Source: Dictyostelium discoideum
Taxonomy: Eukaryota
Assembly (NCBI GenBank): GCA_000004695.1
Contig: CM000152.2
Span: forward strand, 1,024,001-1,088,000
Direction of reading: 5' to 3'
DNA: 64,000 nt
The position numbers and the translations under genes are program-made. Below the pieces are notes generated by a model. That model did no database searches. It saw only the letters and a list, made by a program, of their open reading frames with translations, and was not told the origin of the DNA. This document shows positions 26,158-40,602 of this stretch, one piece after another (position 1 is the stretch's first letter; each line of letters starts with the position of its first letter).

Positions 26158-28275
26158 ATTATTAATATCTTGAATTGTGGAATATAAATTATTGGTATTA
26201 TTATTATTATTATTATTACTTGAATAATTTAAAGATATTGAATTTGAATCATTTTCTAAAAATGAAATTAAAGTTGAAATTAAAGAACAATCATCTAAAT
26301 TTATAATTTCAGATTCTAAACGTGATAATAAAGAACGTGCATCAGAGAGTACTCTAAGATTTGTAATTTTTGGAGTTGATGAAATTAATTCTTCATTTCT
26401 AATTAAATCATTATAAGCAGATTTTAAAATTAATTCAGGATTTTTAAGTGATCTTGATTCTGGTGATAATTGAGTTTGTTCAACTTGAATTTGAAGTTGT
26501 TTATTTTTTTGACGTAAAAGTTTGACTTTACTCTTTAATTTTTCAAATTCACTCTCATCGATTTTTGTATCCAATTGATACTTTAGATCATGTACACTCG
26601 TTTGTAATGACTCATTTGCATTCAATAGTCTATCACGATTTTTTATTAATCTACCCTGAGACGATTGCAATCCCTCCACTGCCAATTTCAATTCCTCAAT
26701 CTCCTCTTTCTGTTGTTTAATGGTTTTAGTTTTCATTGGACTATTGAAATCAATGATTGATTTTAATTTACTATTCTTTTCATCCAATTGATTTGATAAT
26801 TCAAATTCTTTGAAAACCAATATCTCATTCTCTTGCTTGGCCGTCGAGACTTGGTTAGAGAGGAACGCATTCTCGTTCTTTAATTTATCAACCTGTTCAT
26901 TGAAAAGTTTTAAACTCTCATTCAAAGCCTCTTGCTCTTGTAGACGTTGTTTCAATGCTTTCATCTCCTCTTCCAAATCTTCATTCTTTTCCAATAATGA
27001 TTGACCAATCTCTGCTGCAACTCTTGTATCTTTTTCTTTCTCTTCCAATAGTTTCTCAGTTTGTTCTAAAATTACCTTATGATCCAATTTAAACATCATA
27101 GTATAGGATTTATTCTTTTGAACATTTAAATTTTTAAATGGTGTAAAATTTTGGAATTCTCTTTTAATTGTACTACCATTATCAATACTACCATTGTTAT
27201 TGCTATTGTTGCTATTCTCAATTTGTTGTGATCTCCTTCTACCAACAATTGATGAAATTGATTTAGTTCTTCTATAATTTGATCTATCAAATCCTTCATC
27301 ATTTTCTTGTTGATTTAATGGTGTCATTGGTGGTGACATACCAGTTGATGATGAAAGTGGTGATCCATTATTATTCTTTGGTGTTGTTGTTGTTGTTGTT
27401 GTTATTGTTGTTGAATTATTAAAATATACAGTACCACCATTAAATTGATTTGATTGTGGTGTTTGTTGTGGGGTTTGTTCAGATGTATGTGATTGTGATG
27501 GCTGTGATTGTGATTGTGGTGGTTGTGGGGTTTGTGGTGTTTGATTCATATACAATTGTTGTTGAGCTGGTGTTAATTTTGTACTTTGTCTATTTGATTT
27601 TTTATTATTATTATTTGTAAATTCAGAAGGTGAAATATTTGAAGGTGGTGATAAACTACCTTGTGGTGAAAATGTTGTACTCTTTCTATGAGGTGATTTA
27701 TTATCTTGTTGCATATGTGAAACTAATTTACTATTTAATTTACCATATTTAAATAATGGTTGAAATTCTTTTTGATTTAATTTCCTCTTCAGTCTAAGAT
27801 AGGATGTCTCCTTTTGATAATGTTCAACTGTTAAATTCTTAATTTCTTCTGCTGTTAAATATTCATTCTCTTCCAATGATAATTCATTAACGAATGAATC
27901 ATATCTTTGATTTCTTTGATTTCTATATGTTTCAATATCTTTATAATATTCATTCATCCATTTTTTCAATATAATTGTATTATTATTATTATTATTATTA
28001 CTATCTATTTTTGATTTTACATTTTTACTATTATTATTAGTATTAGTATTAGTATTGGTATTGGTATTGGTATTGGTATCTTCATCTGATGAAGAGTCAC
28101 TTTCAATTTCATCATCATCAAAATTATCATCAAATATTGTTACACCTGTAAATAATGACATATCAATTTCTTTGACGGCTGTTTGATTGCTTAAATTTGA
28201 TTGATCCATCGCTGTTGTTGTTGTTGCTGATGACGATGTCGTAGTGTTACTAGTCGCCGTTTCTGTTGTCTCCAT
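22298..28275 (-). CDS. Giant coiled-coil protein with C-terminal fimbrin-type 4xCH actin-binding region, proposed 2 exons (26220..28275, 22298..26061) with an (AAT)n-rich intron 26062..26219
   Basis: ORF 26062..28275 has an S/T/N/Q-rich N terminus followed by coiled coil. ORF 22298..26056 is +2-shifted and overlaps it, and really begins at a TTG that the track rendered as M. It has about 700 aa of heptad-rich coiled coil, then four calponin-homology domains (..DGVLLCKLVNFARDG.., ..EERAFCMWMNSLNI..DGLVILQMFDKI.., ..LTLALIWQ.., ..IIQWANKKV..ILTFISMLM). Donor TCA A|GTAATA at 26219 and acceptor TTATTAG at 26062 join them in frame (phase 1) to about 1939 aa. The alternative is a real or sequencing frameshift near 26060. 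Confidence 0.5.
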
Positions 28276-28757
28276 GAAATCGGTGTTATATTATATGTAT
28301 TTAAAAAAAATAAAAATTCAATTTATAAAAAAAAGATTTTTTTTTTTGTTTTTTTTTTTTTGTTTTTTTTTGTTTTTTTGGTTTTTATAAATATATTTTT
28401 TTTTTTTTTTTTTTTACTTTTTTTGTTGTTACACACCAAACAAGATTTGGAAAAAAAAAAAAAATTAAAAAAAAAAAAAATAAAAAAAAGAAAAAAATTA
28501 AATTTTTTTTTAGGCGGTTGGGGCATAACTGAAAAAAAAAAAAAAATTTTTTTTTTTTTTTTTTTAAATTTTTTTTAAGTGTTTTTTTTTTTTTTTTTTA
28601 AATTTTTTCTTTTTTTTTTTTTTTTCAAGATAAAATTTCCTTTATTATAAAATTTTATAAATCGATTCCCTTAATATTTAATTTCAGCTGATTTTCCTAA
28701 TTTAGCTTTTTTAATATTTTATTTTATTATTTTTTTTTTTTTTTTATTTTCATTTTT

Positions 28758-28792
<35 letters not shown>

Positions 28793-28855
28793 TTATTTTT
28801 TATTCCGCATCACATTAACAAAAATATTTTTATTTGTTTTTTTTTTCTTTAAAAA

Positions 28856-31569
28856 ATGGGACCAAAAAAAAACAATAGGAATAAATCCAAAAATAACACC
28901 AATACCACCAGTGTTAAGCCTAAAGTTGATGAAGAAATTTTATCACAAGATCCAGTTTCAACTGAAGATACACCAACTCTTTTATCACCTCCATCAGAAA
29001 TTACACCAGATGAACCATCTTCAATAGTTGAAGAGAATAAAAAACAAAATAATGATAATAATAATAATGAGAGAAAAGATAATATAGTTGAATCTGTTGA
29101 AGAAAAAGAATTAATTTGTAATAATAATAATAATGAAAATAAAGATGAAAATAATAATAATAAAACTACAACTGCTACTACCACTACCACTACCGCCACT
29201 ACAAATGTAAAATTAGAAAATAATAATAATAATAACAATAATATAAATAATGAAATTAAAGAAATTATTAATGAAGATGATGATGATAATAATAATAATA
29301 ATGAAATAAATAAAGATTGGAAAACATTATATTTTATAACAAGTAAACAAATGAATTTAGAAAGAATTAAAACTGAAACATTAGAAAGTTTAATTATTCA
29401 AAAGGATAAAGAGAATCAACAATTATTGGAACAAGTTACTAGATTAGAAACAGAATTATTAACTGAAAGAAGAAGAATCAATAGAACCGTTGGTACAATT
29501 AGACATGGTACAAGAAAACTTTTAAGTACTGTTAAATTTGATCATAATATTGATATCGCTTCAATCATTGATGATTTAAATAATATTGACTCCTCAATTT
29601 CTGCATCACCCTCATTCGCTGATGACTTAAATTTAACATCTGCTTCAATCCTAAATTCAAATAGTAATAGTTTCTCTGATTTCAGTTCTGATCAATTATT
29701 AAATAAATTGAATAGTTATCATAATTCATCTTCATCTTTAAATAGTAATACTAATAATAATAATAATAATAATAATAATAGTCATCACCATCATCATCAA
29801 AATAATAGTATTGAACGTTCAATTAATTTAAGTAATGGTCCTAGTATTGGTGGTACAATTAGATTATCAACATCAACTAATTCTGTTAATTCAATTAGTG
29901 TTGGTAGTGATTCCGGTAATAATGCAACCACTACTACTGCTACTACTACTGCAACCAATACCAATGCCAATGCTACATCAACAACATCAACATCATTATC
30001 AACAACAACAACAACAACAACTACAACAACAGCAACATCACCAACCATTACAATTAATCCACCACCATTACAAAGGGATTATATTGAATGTATTACAGTT
30101 GTACAATCATTAGTTAGAAGATGGTTAGCAAGAAAGAGATACAAGAAATTAAGAACCAAGAGAGCAATCGTTGAAGAATTATTTGAAACTGAATCAACCT
30201 ATGTCAATCATTTATCAAATCTTTTAAAGATTTTCATCAATCCATTAAAAGCTAAAAAAGGTGATTCAATCTTACCAGCTGATGATTTTGATCAAATCTT
30301 CTCTTCAATTCAAACAATCTATAAAACAAATTCTTACTTTTTAGATCAAGTTGATGAAATATTTAAAAAGTTTAATAAATGGTCATGTTTTGGTGAAAAA
30401 GTTTTAAAATTAGTACGTATATTTAATTTTTAAATAATAATAATAATTTAAAATATTAAATATTAATTTTTATATTTTTTTTTTGACTCTCTCTTACTTA
30501 GGTACCATTATTTAATTGTTATATAGATTATATTATAAACTTTGAATGTTCACAAAAATATTTAAAGAAAGCGTTAAGTAGTAATTCAACATTTGCAAAC
30601 TTTGTTAAACAAGGTAATGCCAAGAAAGAATTGGATGATTTAGATCTTGAAGATTTATTGATTATGCCAGTTCAAAGAATTCCACGTTATATTATGTTAT
30701 TCAAAGAGATTAGAAAGTTTACACCATTATATCATAACGATTTCAGTGGTATCGATAAGACATTGGAAGCATTCAAAGCATTTGCTCAAAAGGTAAACAC
30801 TCAATCTGGTTTCAGAAAAAAGGTTTTACAATTGGAAGATAGAATTTTAAATTATAAAGATGATATCACTTCAAACTCTAGAATCCTTTTAAGAGAGGGT
30901 CCTTTGAAATTTAAAAAATCAAGTGAATATGTATTTTTATTTAATGATATGATTTTAGTTTGTCATCCATCACATTCTAAAAAAAATAAATCAAAATTAT
31001 CATTAGGTACACCAGTAACTACTGTAAATAATAATAATAATAATAATAATAGTAATAATAATAGTAATAATAGTAATAATAATAATAGTAGTAGCAGTAA
31101 TAATAATAATAATAATAATAGTGGTAATGGTAATACACCAACATCAACAACACCAATTATTATATCAACAAATCCACCATCTTCACCACCAACTTTAAGA
31201 GAAACAACATCAAGTATGAATTTACTCGAAAACTCTCATTCATCAACTGTAGTTAATGTTTTAGGTTCAAGTAATGGAAGTAATCAATCATTGAACTCAT
31301 TGGTTGTTAATGAATTCCATAGTAGTAATGTTGATATTAATTTCAAATTCTTACAAAAATATCCATTAGATTCAAGAGTTAAAATCATTCAAGATTTAAC
31401 TGAACCAAAATTCACCGTTTTAGTACCAGACTCTTACAGTATTGACTTTTTCGCAACTACAATTGAAGAAAGACAAGTTTGGGTTTCTGAAATTAATAAA
31501 TTACTTACCGTAATTTCAAATAATTGTTTGGATAAAGCAAATTTAGATCTTATAAATTCTTTACAATAA
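28856..31569 (+). CDS. Rho/Rac guanine-nucleotide exchange factor (IQ motif + DH + PH), 2 exons (28856..30412, 30502..31569)
   Basis: IQ-like motif VVQSLVRRWLARKRYKKLR, then a DH domain RAIVEELFETESTYVNHLSNLLKIF...FGEKVLKL|VPLFNCYIDYIINFECSQKYL...LLIMPVQRIPRYIMLFKEI spanning the intron (donor GTACGT at 30413, acceptor CTTAG at 30501, phase 0). A PH-like region (LLREGPLKFKKSSEYVFLFNDMILVCH) follows. About 874 aa. Confidence 0.7.
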
Positions 31570-31725
31570 AAAATAGAGAAAAAAAAAAAAAAAAAAAAAA
31601 AAACTATAAATAAACAGATATATAGAAAAATTAGAATTATTTTCTTTTTAAATATATTTTTCCAAATTTACTTTTTTTTTAATACAAAATCAAAAACATA
31701 CTTGTTATTTAAAGTATTTTATAAT

Positions 31726-31766
<41 letters not shown>

Positions 31767-32076
31767 GAGGTGGAGAAAAAAAAAAAAGAATTATCTTTGA
31801 GGTCTTTCTTTTATTTTAAAATCACATTCTATAGAACATAATTAAAAAAAAAAAAAGATTTTTTTTTAAACAAATCATTTTAAATCCTTGAAAATAAAAA
31901 AATATGTATGAAATAATAAAATAATTATTGTTTAAAGAAAATAAAAAAAAAGATCTTTTTATTTATTATAAATTTAAATTATTATGTGAAATATATGACA
32001 ATAATAATAATAAATATTAATAAATAAATATAATAAATAAATAAATATGGAGTTTAAAGTGTATATATATATTATT

Positions 32077-33365
<1,289 letters not shown>

Positions 33366-34154
33366 TTTTATTTTATTTTATTTTATTTTATTTTATTTTA
33401 TTTTATTTTATTTTATTTTATTTTATTTTATTTTATTTTTTTATTTTATTTAACTATATATTTATTTAATTAATTTATTAGTTTTTATTTATTTATTTTT
33501 TTTTTTTCCCTGTTCGATGTGGTTTTATTAATAATAAAAAAAAAAAAATATAAAAAAAATAAAAGGTGTGTAAAATCAGTGTGTTTCAAAAAAAAAAAAC
33601 AAAAATAAAAATAAAAAAAATTAAAATAAATTAAAATATTTTGAAAAAAAAAAAAGTGTTAAATTTGTGTTTTGACGACTGCTTAAAATATTGAGAATCA
33701 ATAGCGATATATTTCTTATGTTCATAATTTCTTTTTATTTGAAATTTTAAATTATTAAAATAATTGGATAAAAAAAAAAAAAAATTGGTGAAATTATGAT
33801 TTCATGAAATCATCATTTAAATTAATTAATTAATTTTAATTTTTATTTATTTTTTTATTTTTTTATTTTTTTATTTTTTTATTTTTTTATTTTTTTTTGA
33901 TCAAACACTATGTTTATTTCTTTTTAATAATAATAATAATAAATAAAATTGTAAATTATTTTTAATTTTTTTTTTTTTTTTTTTTTTATTTAATTTATTT
34001 TTTTTTTTTTTTTATTATTTTTTTTATTTTTTATTTTTTTTATTATTTTTTTTTATTTTTTAATTTATTTATAATTAATGTGATGCTATTTATAGATTTT
34101 TATTGGTATTATTTTTTTTATTTTTTTTTTATTTTTTTTTATTTTTTTTTTTTA

Positions 34155-35071
34155 TTAATCTGAAAAAGAACCATTACCATTTGTATTTGTTAAAGATTCT
34201 TTATCTTTAATACCAGATGAGCCAGTACTATTATTACCATTTTGAGAGATATTTAAGCTATTTGCTAATTTTGATTGTATATTTAAGTGTTGTTGAATAT
34301 CTTTATCTTTGATAGAGGTACAGAGTAAAGTGAAATCCAATTGTTCCTTAATGATGGCCATAGACATTTTATCGATCTCTTTGGAGAGAAAACCAAAGAT
34401 ATTATGTTTTAAACGAGAGTCAACCTTTAACAAGGCCTCATAGACATATTTTGAGGAGCAAGTTTCCTTATCGATCTTTTTGTAAATCTGTTCTAAAATC
34501 TCCAACAAACTAAAGACCACTTGAAAGTAGTCCAAATCCTTTGCAATACTAATATTGAAAATCTTTAGAAACTCATAGACCACGGTGGTACCAATCTTTA
34601 CGATCTTTGATTTGATATGCTCATTCTCATTGACAACGGTATGAGTTGGCTGTTTCTTTGAGAGTAGCACTTTTACACCTTGCATAGCAGAACCCAACTC
34701 AAAATGATAATCGTACTCTTCCATCAACTGAACCAATGAACGAATGTATGCAGGACCCTTATCAGTGGCTATCAATGGTGCCAAACTAAATCCCAAACAA
34801 AACCAACCCAACAATCTCTTTTGTATCTCTTGACTCTTTTCAAAATCTTGTCTTTGTATCATCGTTACATTCATCCAATGCATATTCTGTTGATTAGAGT
34901 ATGGATTTGGTTCAATATGCTGTCCTACCGCTACCATTGCTCCTGCTCCACTATATAATTTATTTAAATTGTTACTACTATTATTTAAACTTGATATTGA
35001 TGATACTGATGTTGATGTTGATAATCCACTTGTTGATGCTGTAATATTATTTGTTGATGTTGATGTTGTAA

Positions 35072-35102
<31 letters not shown>

Positions 35103-35582
35103 ATTATTATTATTATTATTATTTGTTGTTGTTGATGATACATTTGTTCCGCTACTATTATTATTATTATTATTATTGCCATTTATATTTAATTTATTAT
35201 TTATATTACTATTATTACTATTATTACTATTATTACCCTGTGCCGTTATATTATTACTATTATTATTATTATTATTACCACTATTCCCATTACTCCCATT
35301 ATTATTTATATTATTTATATTATTATTATTTATATTATTTATATTATTATTATTGTTGTTGTTTGTTGTAGATGTTGTAGTTGTTGTAGTTGTAGTAGTA
35401 ATAGTATCATTTAATGATAATGATGATATTGAAGGTGTATTTGAAAAACCACTATTTACATAATATGCTGCTTCATGTATCCTTCTTATATAATCTATTA
35501 CCATTGTTCTTTTTTCGACAATGTTTGTTATTGATTTTTTTCTTTCGAGAGTTTCCTCCATTTTTGTTACAATCGCGTCCAT
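34155..35582 (-). CDS. Hypothetical protein with a long poly-N/T insert, single exon (475 aa)
   Basis: Continuous ORF with ordered N- and C-terminal parts (MDAIVTKMEETLERKK.., ..LLGWFCLGFSLAPLIATDKGPAYIRSLVQLMEEYDYHFELGSAMQG..) around a low-complexity region. No family recognised. Confidence 0.55.
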
Positions 35583-36234
35583 TTTTTAATTTTTAACTAC
35601 TATTTTTTTTATTTTTTTTTTTATTAAAATTTAAATTTGATACTAATTCTACTCTTTTTTTTTTTTTTATTTTTTTATTTTTTCCTTTTATTTTTCTTTT
35701 ATTTTTCTTTTATTTATCTGTTTTTAAAACAAATAAACTATAATATATTACAAATTTTATTACAAATACAACACTTTTTTTTTTATACGAGACAAAAATA
35801 AAATATAAAATAAAAAAAAAAATAAAATTCAAAAAAAAAATCTTTTTTTTTTTTTTTTTTTATTTTTTTATTTTTTTTTTTATTTTTTTTTTTTTTTATA
35901 ATAAACCCAAAAAATTTTTTATTTTCTCCAAAAGCAAATTAATTATTTATAACCATCAAAAAAAAATAAAAAAAAAAATAAAAAAAAAAAAAAAAGTAAA
36001 ATTTAAAATAACATATCTGAAAATTAAAAATATAAATAGATTAAATTAAAAAAAATAAAAAAAAAAGATTAAAATAATTAATTATTTAATTTTTTTAATC
36101 TTTTTTTTTTTTTTTTTTTTTTTGGAAAAATTGTGAATAAATAAAATTCCAAAAGTTGGAAATCTAAATTTTATAATTAAAATAAAATAAAATAAAATAA
36201 AATAAAAATAGAATTTCTATTTGTAAATATATAT

Positions 36235-36270
<36 letters not shown>

Positions 36271-36289
36271 AAAAAAAAAAATAATATTA

Positions 36290-38053
36290 TTAATTATTTT
36301 TATTTGGTATTGGATTTGGTGAAGATTTTGTAATTGTTGGAGAAGTTGCAATTATTTTTGGAGAAGGTGGTTGTGAAGTTGGAACATTAACATTGTTTGT
36401 TTGTTGTTGTATATGATCATTTCTTAATTTCTTTTCTTCATCACTATCTAAATAACCATCATCAGCAGCACCACCTTCACCAGCAAAACTATTCTCTGAC
36501 CAATACATTGAACGTTTGACAGCTCTTTCCCATCTCTTAAAGAGTTTTCTTTTGAGATCTTTATTCATTTTTGGATCAAAGATTTTAGAGCTATGTCTTA
36601 ATGAAGCCAATTCTTCTTTATTCTTCCAAATTCCAACTTCTAAACCAGCCAACATACAAACTCCACTTGCAGTCATTTCTGGATGAGCGGCACGATCAAT
36701 TTGAATACCACAAATATCACTAATGAATTGCATTACGAAATCGTTTTGACAAACACCACCATCGGCAACGACACGCCTGATGGGTTGATAGGCATCCGAG
36801 AGAATTGCATCGATCAATTCCTTGCAACGATAACCAAATGATTCCAATAGTGCCCTGACCACATGTTCCTTCTTTGTCGATGGTGACATACCAATGATGA
36901 GACCACGAGCACGTGGATCATTATGAGGCGGAGCTAAACCTGTGAAGGCCGGTACGAAAACCACACCTTGTGAATGTGGTACACTCGATGCCATTGCACT
37001 TGTTTCCCAAGGATCATTAAACATACCAAATGATTGAGCCCAATCGATGGCGGTACCAGCAGACATACCCTTACCCTCCATCACATAGGTGATATCATTC
37101 TTTATTTTCCAACCTACCAATGGATACATACCAAACCTTGAAGCTCTTGCTTGACTACCCGTATTGATATTTACAAAGCAACCAGTACCAATGGTTAATT
37201 TAGTATCACCCTCTGCGAAACAACATTCACCAAACATTGCCGATTGCTGGTCGCCACACAAGGCTGTGATTGGTATGGAGTGGCCAAACAACTCTGGAAT
37301 GCAATCACCGAAATGATGACTGGTGTCATAGATCTTTGGCATTATATGAGTGGGTATATTAAAGAGATAAAACACCACCGAGTTTAATTTCATTTCGAAT
37401 GGGTCAAACAACCCCGTGGCACTGACATTACTATAATCGGTTGCATGCTCTTTACCACCGGTCAAATTCCATAGCAACCATGTGTCAATGGTGCCAAATA
37501 GCATTTGCTCCTCTTTTGCCGCCTTCTTTGCTTCGGGTAAATTCTCCAACACCCATGCCAAACGAGTGCTAGAATGTGCCGTAGAGAAATCCAATTGACT
37601 CGCTGCTAAATAACGTGGTTTCCCTGTGAACAAATGAACAAATTTAGTCGCTCCATGTATACCCTTCACCGCCAAACTATTATTTGCATTCCTACAGATC
37701 TCACCGGACCTACCATCTTGCCATGTTATTAAATTATGAATGGGTCTGCCAGTATCCCTACGCCATGTTAAGAAACTACTTCTCTGATTGGTTATACCAA
37801 TGGATTTCACCATCTTTATATTATGCTTTGCTGGTGATGATGCTATTGCCTCCTTCATTGCATCCTTACATGCTTCCCATAACCTATCAGGATCTTGTTC
37901 AATATATCCTGGCTTATTATCATCTGTCATCAATGGTATAGTTTGAATTGATTTAGATATAATCGTTAAATTTCTATCAAATATAATCGCCCTTAAATTA
38001 GTTGTACCAACATCAACTGTTAATATTAATTCATCACTAACAGGTATTGGATG

Positions 38054-38131
<78 letters not shown>

Positions 38132-38231
38132 GTTTTCACCACATTCTTTCGCGTTTTCATTAATGTTTTGTGTTTCTTTTAAATTTGTAGTGGTGGTAGT
38201 TGTTGTGGTGGTGGTAGTTGTTGTTTTATTA

Positions 38232-38298
<67 letters not shown>

Positions 38299-38509
38299 TA
38301 TTATTATTATTATTATTATTATTACATTGTTGACGATCTTGACTATTATTTATATTTAGATGTTCAATATTATTTACATTATAATTCTCTTTCATAACTA
38401 TATTATCATGATTTTTTTCAATATATTCTTTAATTTTGTCTTCATCATCATCCTCCCTATTTTCATTATTATTGTTATTATAGTCGTTATTATTCTTGTA
38501 ATTATCCAT
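36290..38509 (-). CDS. FGGY-family carbohydrate kinase, glycerol kinase-like (GK5-like), with an N-terminal poly-N extension; single exon, 739 aa
   Basis: ..LTVDVGTTNLRAIIFD.., ..ITNQRSSFLTWR.., ..ALCGDQQSAMFGECCF.., ..VADGGVCQNDFVMQFISDICG.. are characteristic FGGY/glycerol-kinase motifs. Confidence 0.8.
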
Positions 38510-38526
38510 AGAGTGTATATCTAAAA

Positions 38527-38583
38527 CTTTTTATTTTTCTATTTTTCTATTTTTCTATTTTTCTATTTTTCTATTTTTCTATG
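38527..38583. repeat. Tandem 8-bp repeat (ATTTTTCT)x7 located 20-75 bp 5' of the glycerol-kinase-like gene ATG
   Basis: Direct reading of atttttctatttttctatttttct...; candidate promoter-proximal element or microsatellite. Confidence 0.8.
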
Positions 38584-39898
38584 TTTTTATTAATAATTTT
38601 TAATAAAATTCTAATATTGTTTTTTATTTTTTCTACTTTTTTTTATTTTTATTCTTCTATTTTACACAAAGAAATTCATAAAATTTAAATTAAAAAAAAA
38701 AAAACAAATTAGTGTTGACTAATAAATGAATAATAATTTTTCAATATAAAAATTATTATTATTATTATTATTATTATTATCTATATATATATATATATAT
38801 ATAAATATATAAAGATATGAATTGTTTATATTACTATAATGCTGTGTAATAAAAAATACTATATATGTACAAAACCCCTTTTTTTTTTTTTTTTTTTATA
38901 AATAAAATAATATAAAAAAAAAAAAAAAAAAAATGACAATAAAAAAAAAAAAAAATAAAAATAAAAAAAAAAAAAAAAAATAAAATTTGAAAAAATAAAA
39001 AAAAATAAAAAAATAAAAAATTAGTCATATAAATTTAAATAAATTGATCAAAATGTAAATCTTCCCAATTTAAAATCTAAGATTTTAAGCTTTAATTCTT
39101 CTTTAAAACATAAAAAAACAAATATTTAAAAAAAATTATTTTTAGTATGAAAAAAAAAAATATATATATTTAAATAAAATTATAATAAAAATATAATATT
39201 AATAATTATAATAATAATAATAATAAAAAAAAAAAAATGAAAAATGAAATAAAATTAAATAAAAATAAAAAATATATTATTTATAATTAAAACTACTTTT
39301 TTTTTTTTTTTTTTTTTTCTAAAATTATATTTTAAAAAAGCCCATTTATCTAAATTATTTATTTATAAAATATAATATAAACTGTTTTTTGGTTAAAAAA
39401 TAAAATATAATTGCAATATGGTTCCAATACTTTTTTACTTTTTTTTTATTCTTTTTTTTTTTTTTTACTGACAAATTATTGATTTTTTTGGAATTGGACT
39501 TAAATTAATTAATTAACCAATATGTCTCTTTTTTTCTTTTTTCTTTTTTTTTTTTTTTATTATAATTATATTTCAGGTACTTATTTGTTAAAAAAACTTT
39601 CTACAGTTTCACTGATTTTTAACTTTAATATTTATTTTTTTTTTAAAAAAAAATTAAATAAAATTAAATAAAATAAATAACTACTATATATATCTACAAT
39701 TATTATTTTATTTTATTTTTTTTTTTATTTATTTCATTTTATTTTTTTTTTTTTGAATTTTATTTTTTTTTATTTTTTATTTTTTTTTTATTTTTTTTTT
39801 TTTATCATTGAAAATCATAAATAAATTTTTTTTTTTTTTTTTTAATTTTTTTTTTTTTTTTTCCAAATTTTTTTTTTTTTTAGTCATCGAAAGAAAAT

Positions 39899-40209
39899 AT
39901 GTTAAGAGCAATTAATCAAAATAGTGCTAAAGTTGTAAAGTCCTTAAAACAACAATTAGTTGTCTTGGAAGCAACAAATGTAGTTGCATACACTGGTACT
40001 AAATCTTTCACCACAACAAAAACTTTCAACAATACTCAAACCAAACCAAAGATTTTCACCTCATCAAATGTTTTATCATTTTCATCACCATCATCATCAA
40101 ATGTTTTCAGCGAAATTTTAAACAAACGTTCTTATTCATCAAAAGGTAGGTCGAGCAAAAGTCAAATCAAATAAAATAAAATAATTTGCATATGTGTGTT
40201 AAGACAAAA

Positions 40210-40242
<33 letters not shown>

Positions 40243-40542
40243 ACACGAAACCACACACAAAAAAAAAAAAAAAAAAAAAACAAAAAAAAAACAAAAAAAA
40301 CTAATTTATAAAATGGATAAATAGGTAAAGAAATTACTATGCCAGCATTATCACCAAGTATGACTGAAGGTAATATTGTTCAATGGAAAAAGAAAGAAGG
40401 TGACCAAATTAAAGCAGGTGATGTCATTGCAGAAGTTGAAACTGATAAAGCAACTATGGATTTCCAATATGAAGATGGTAATGGTTATTTAGCTAAAATT
40501 TTAATCCCAGAAGGTACTAAAGGAATTGAAATTAATAAAGTA

Positions 40543-40602
<60 letters not shown>

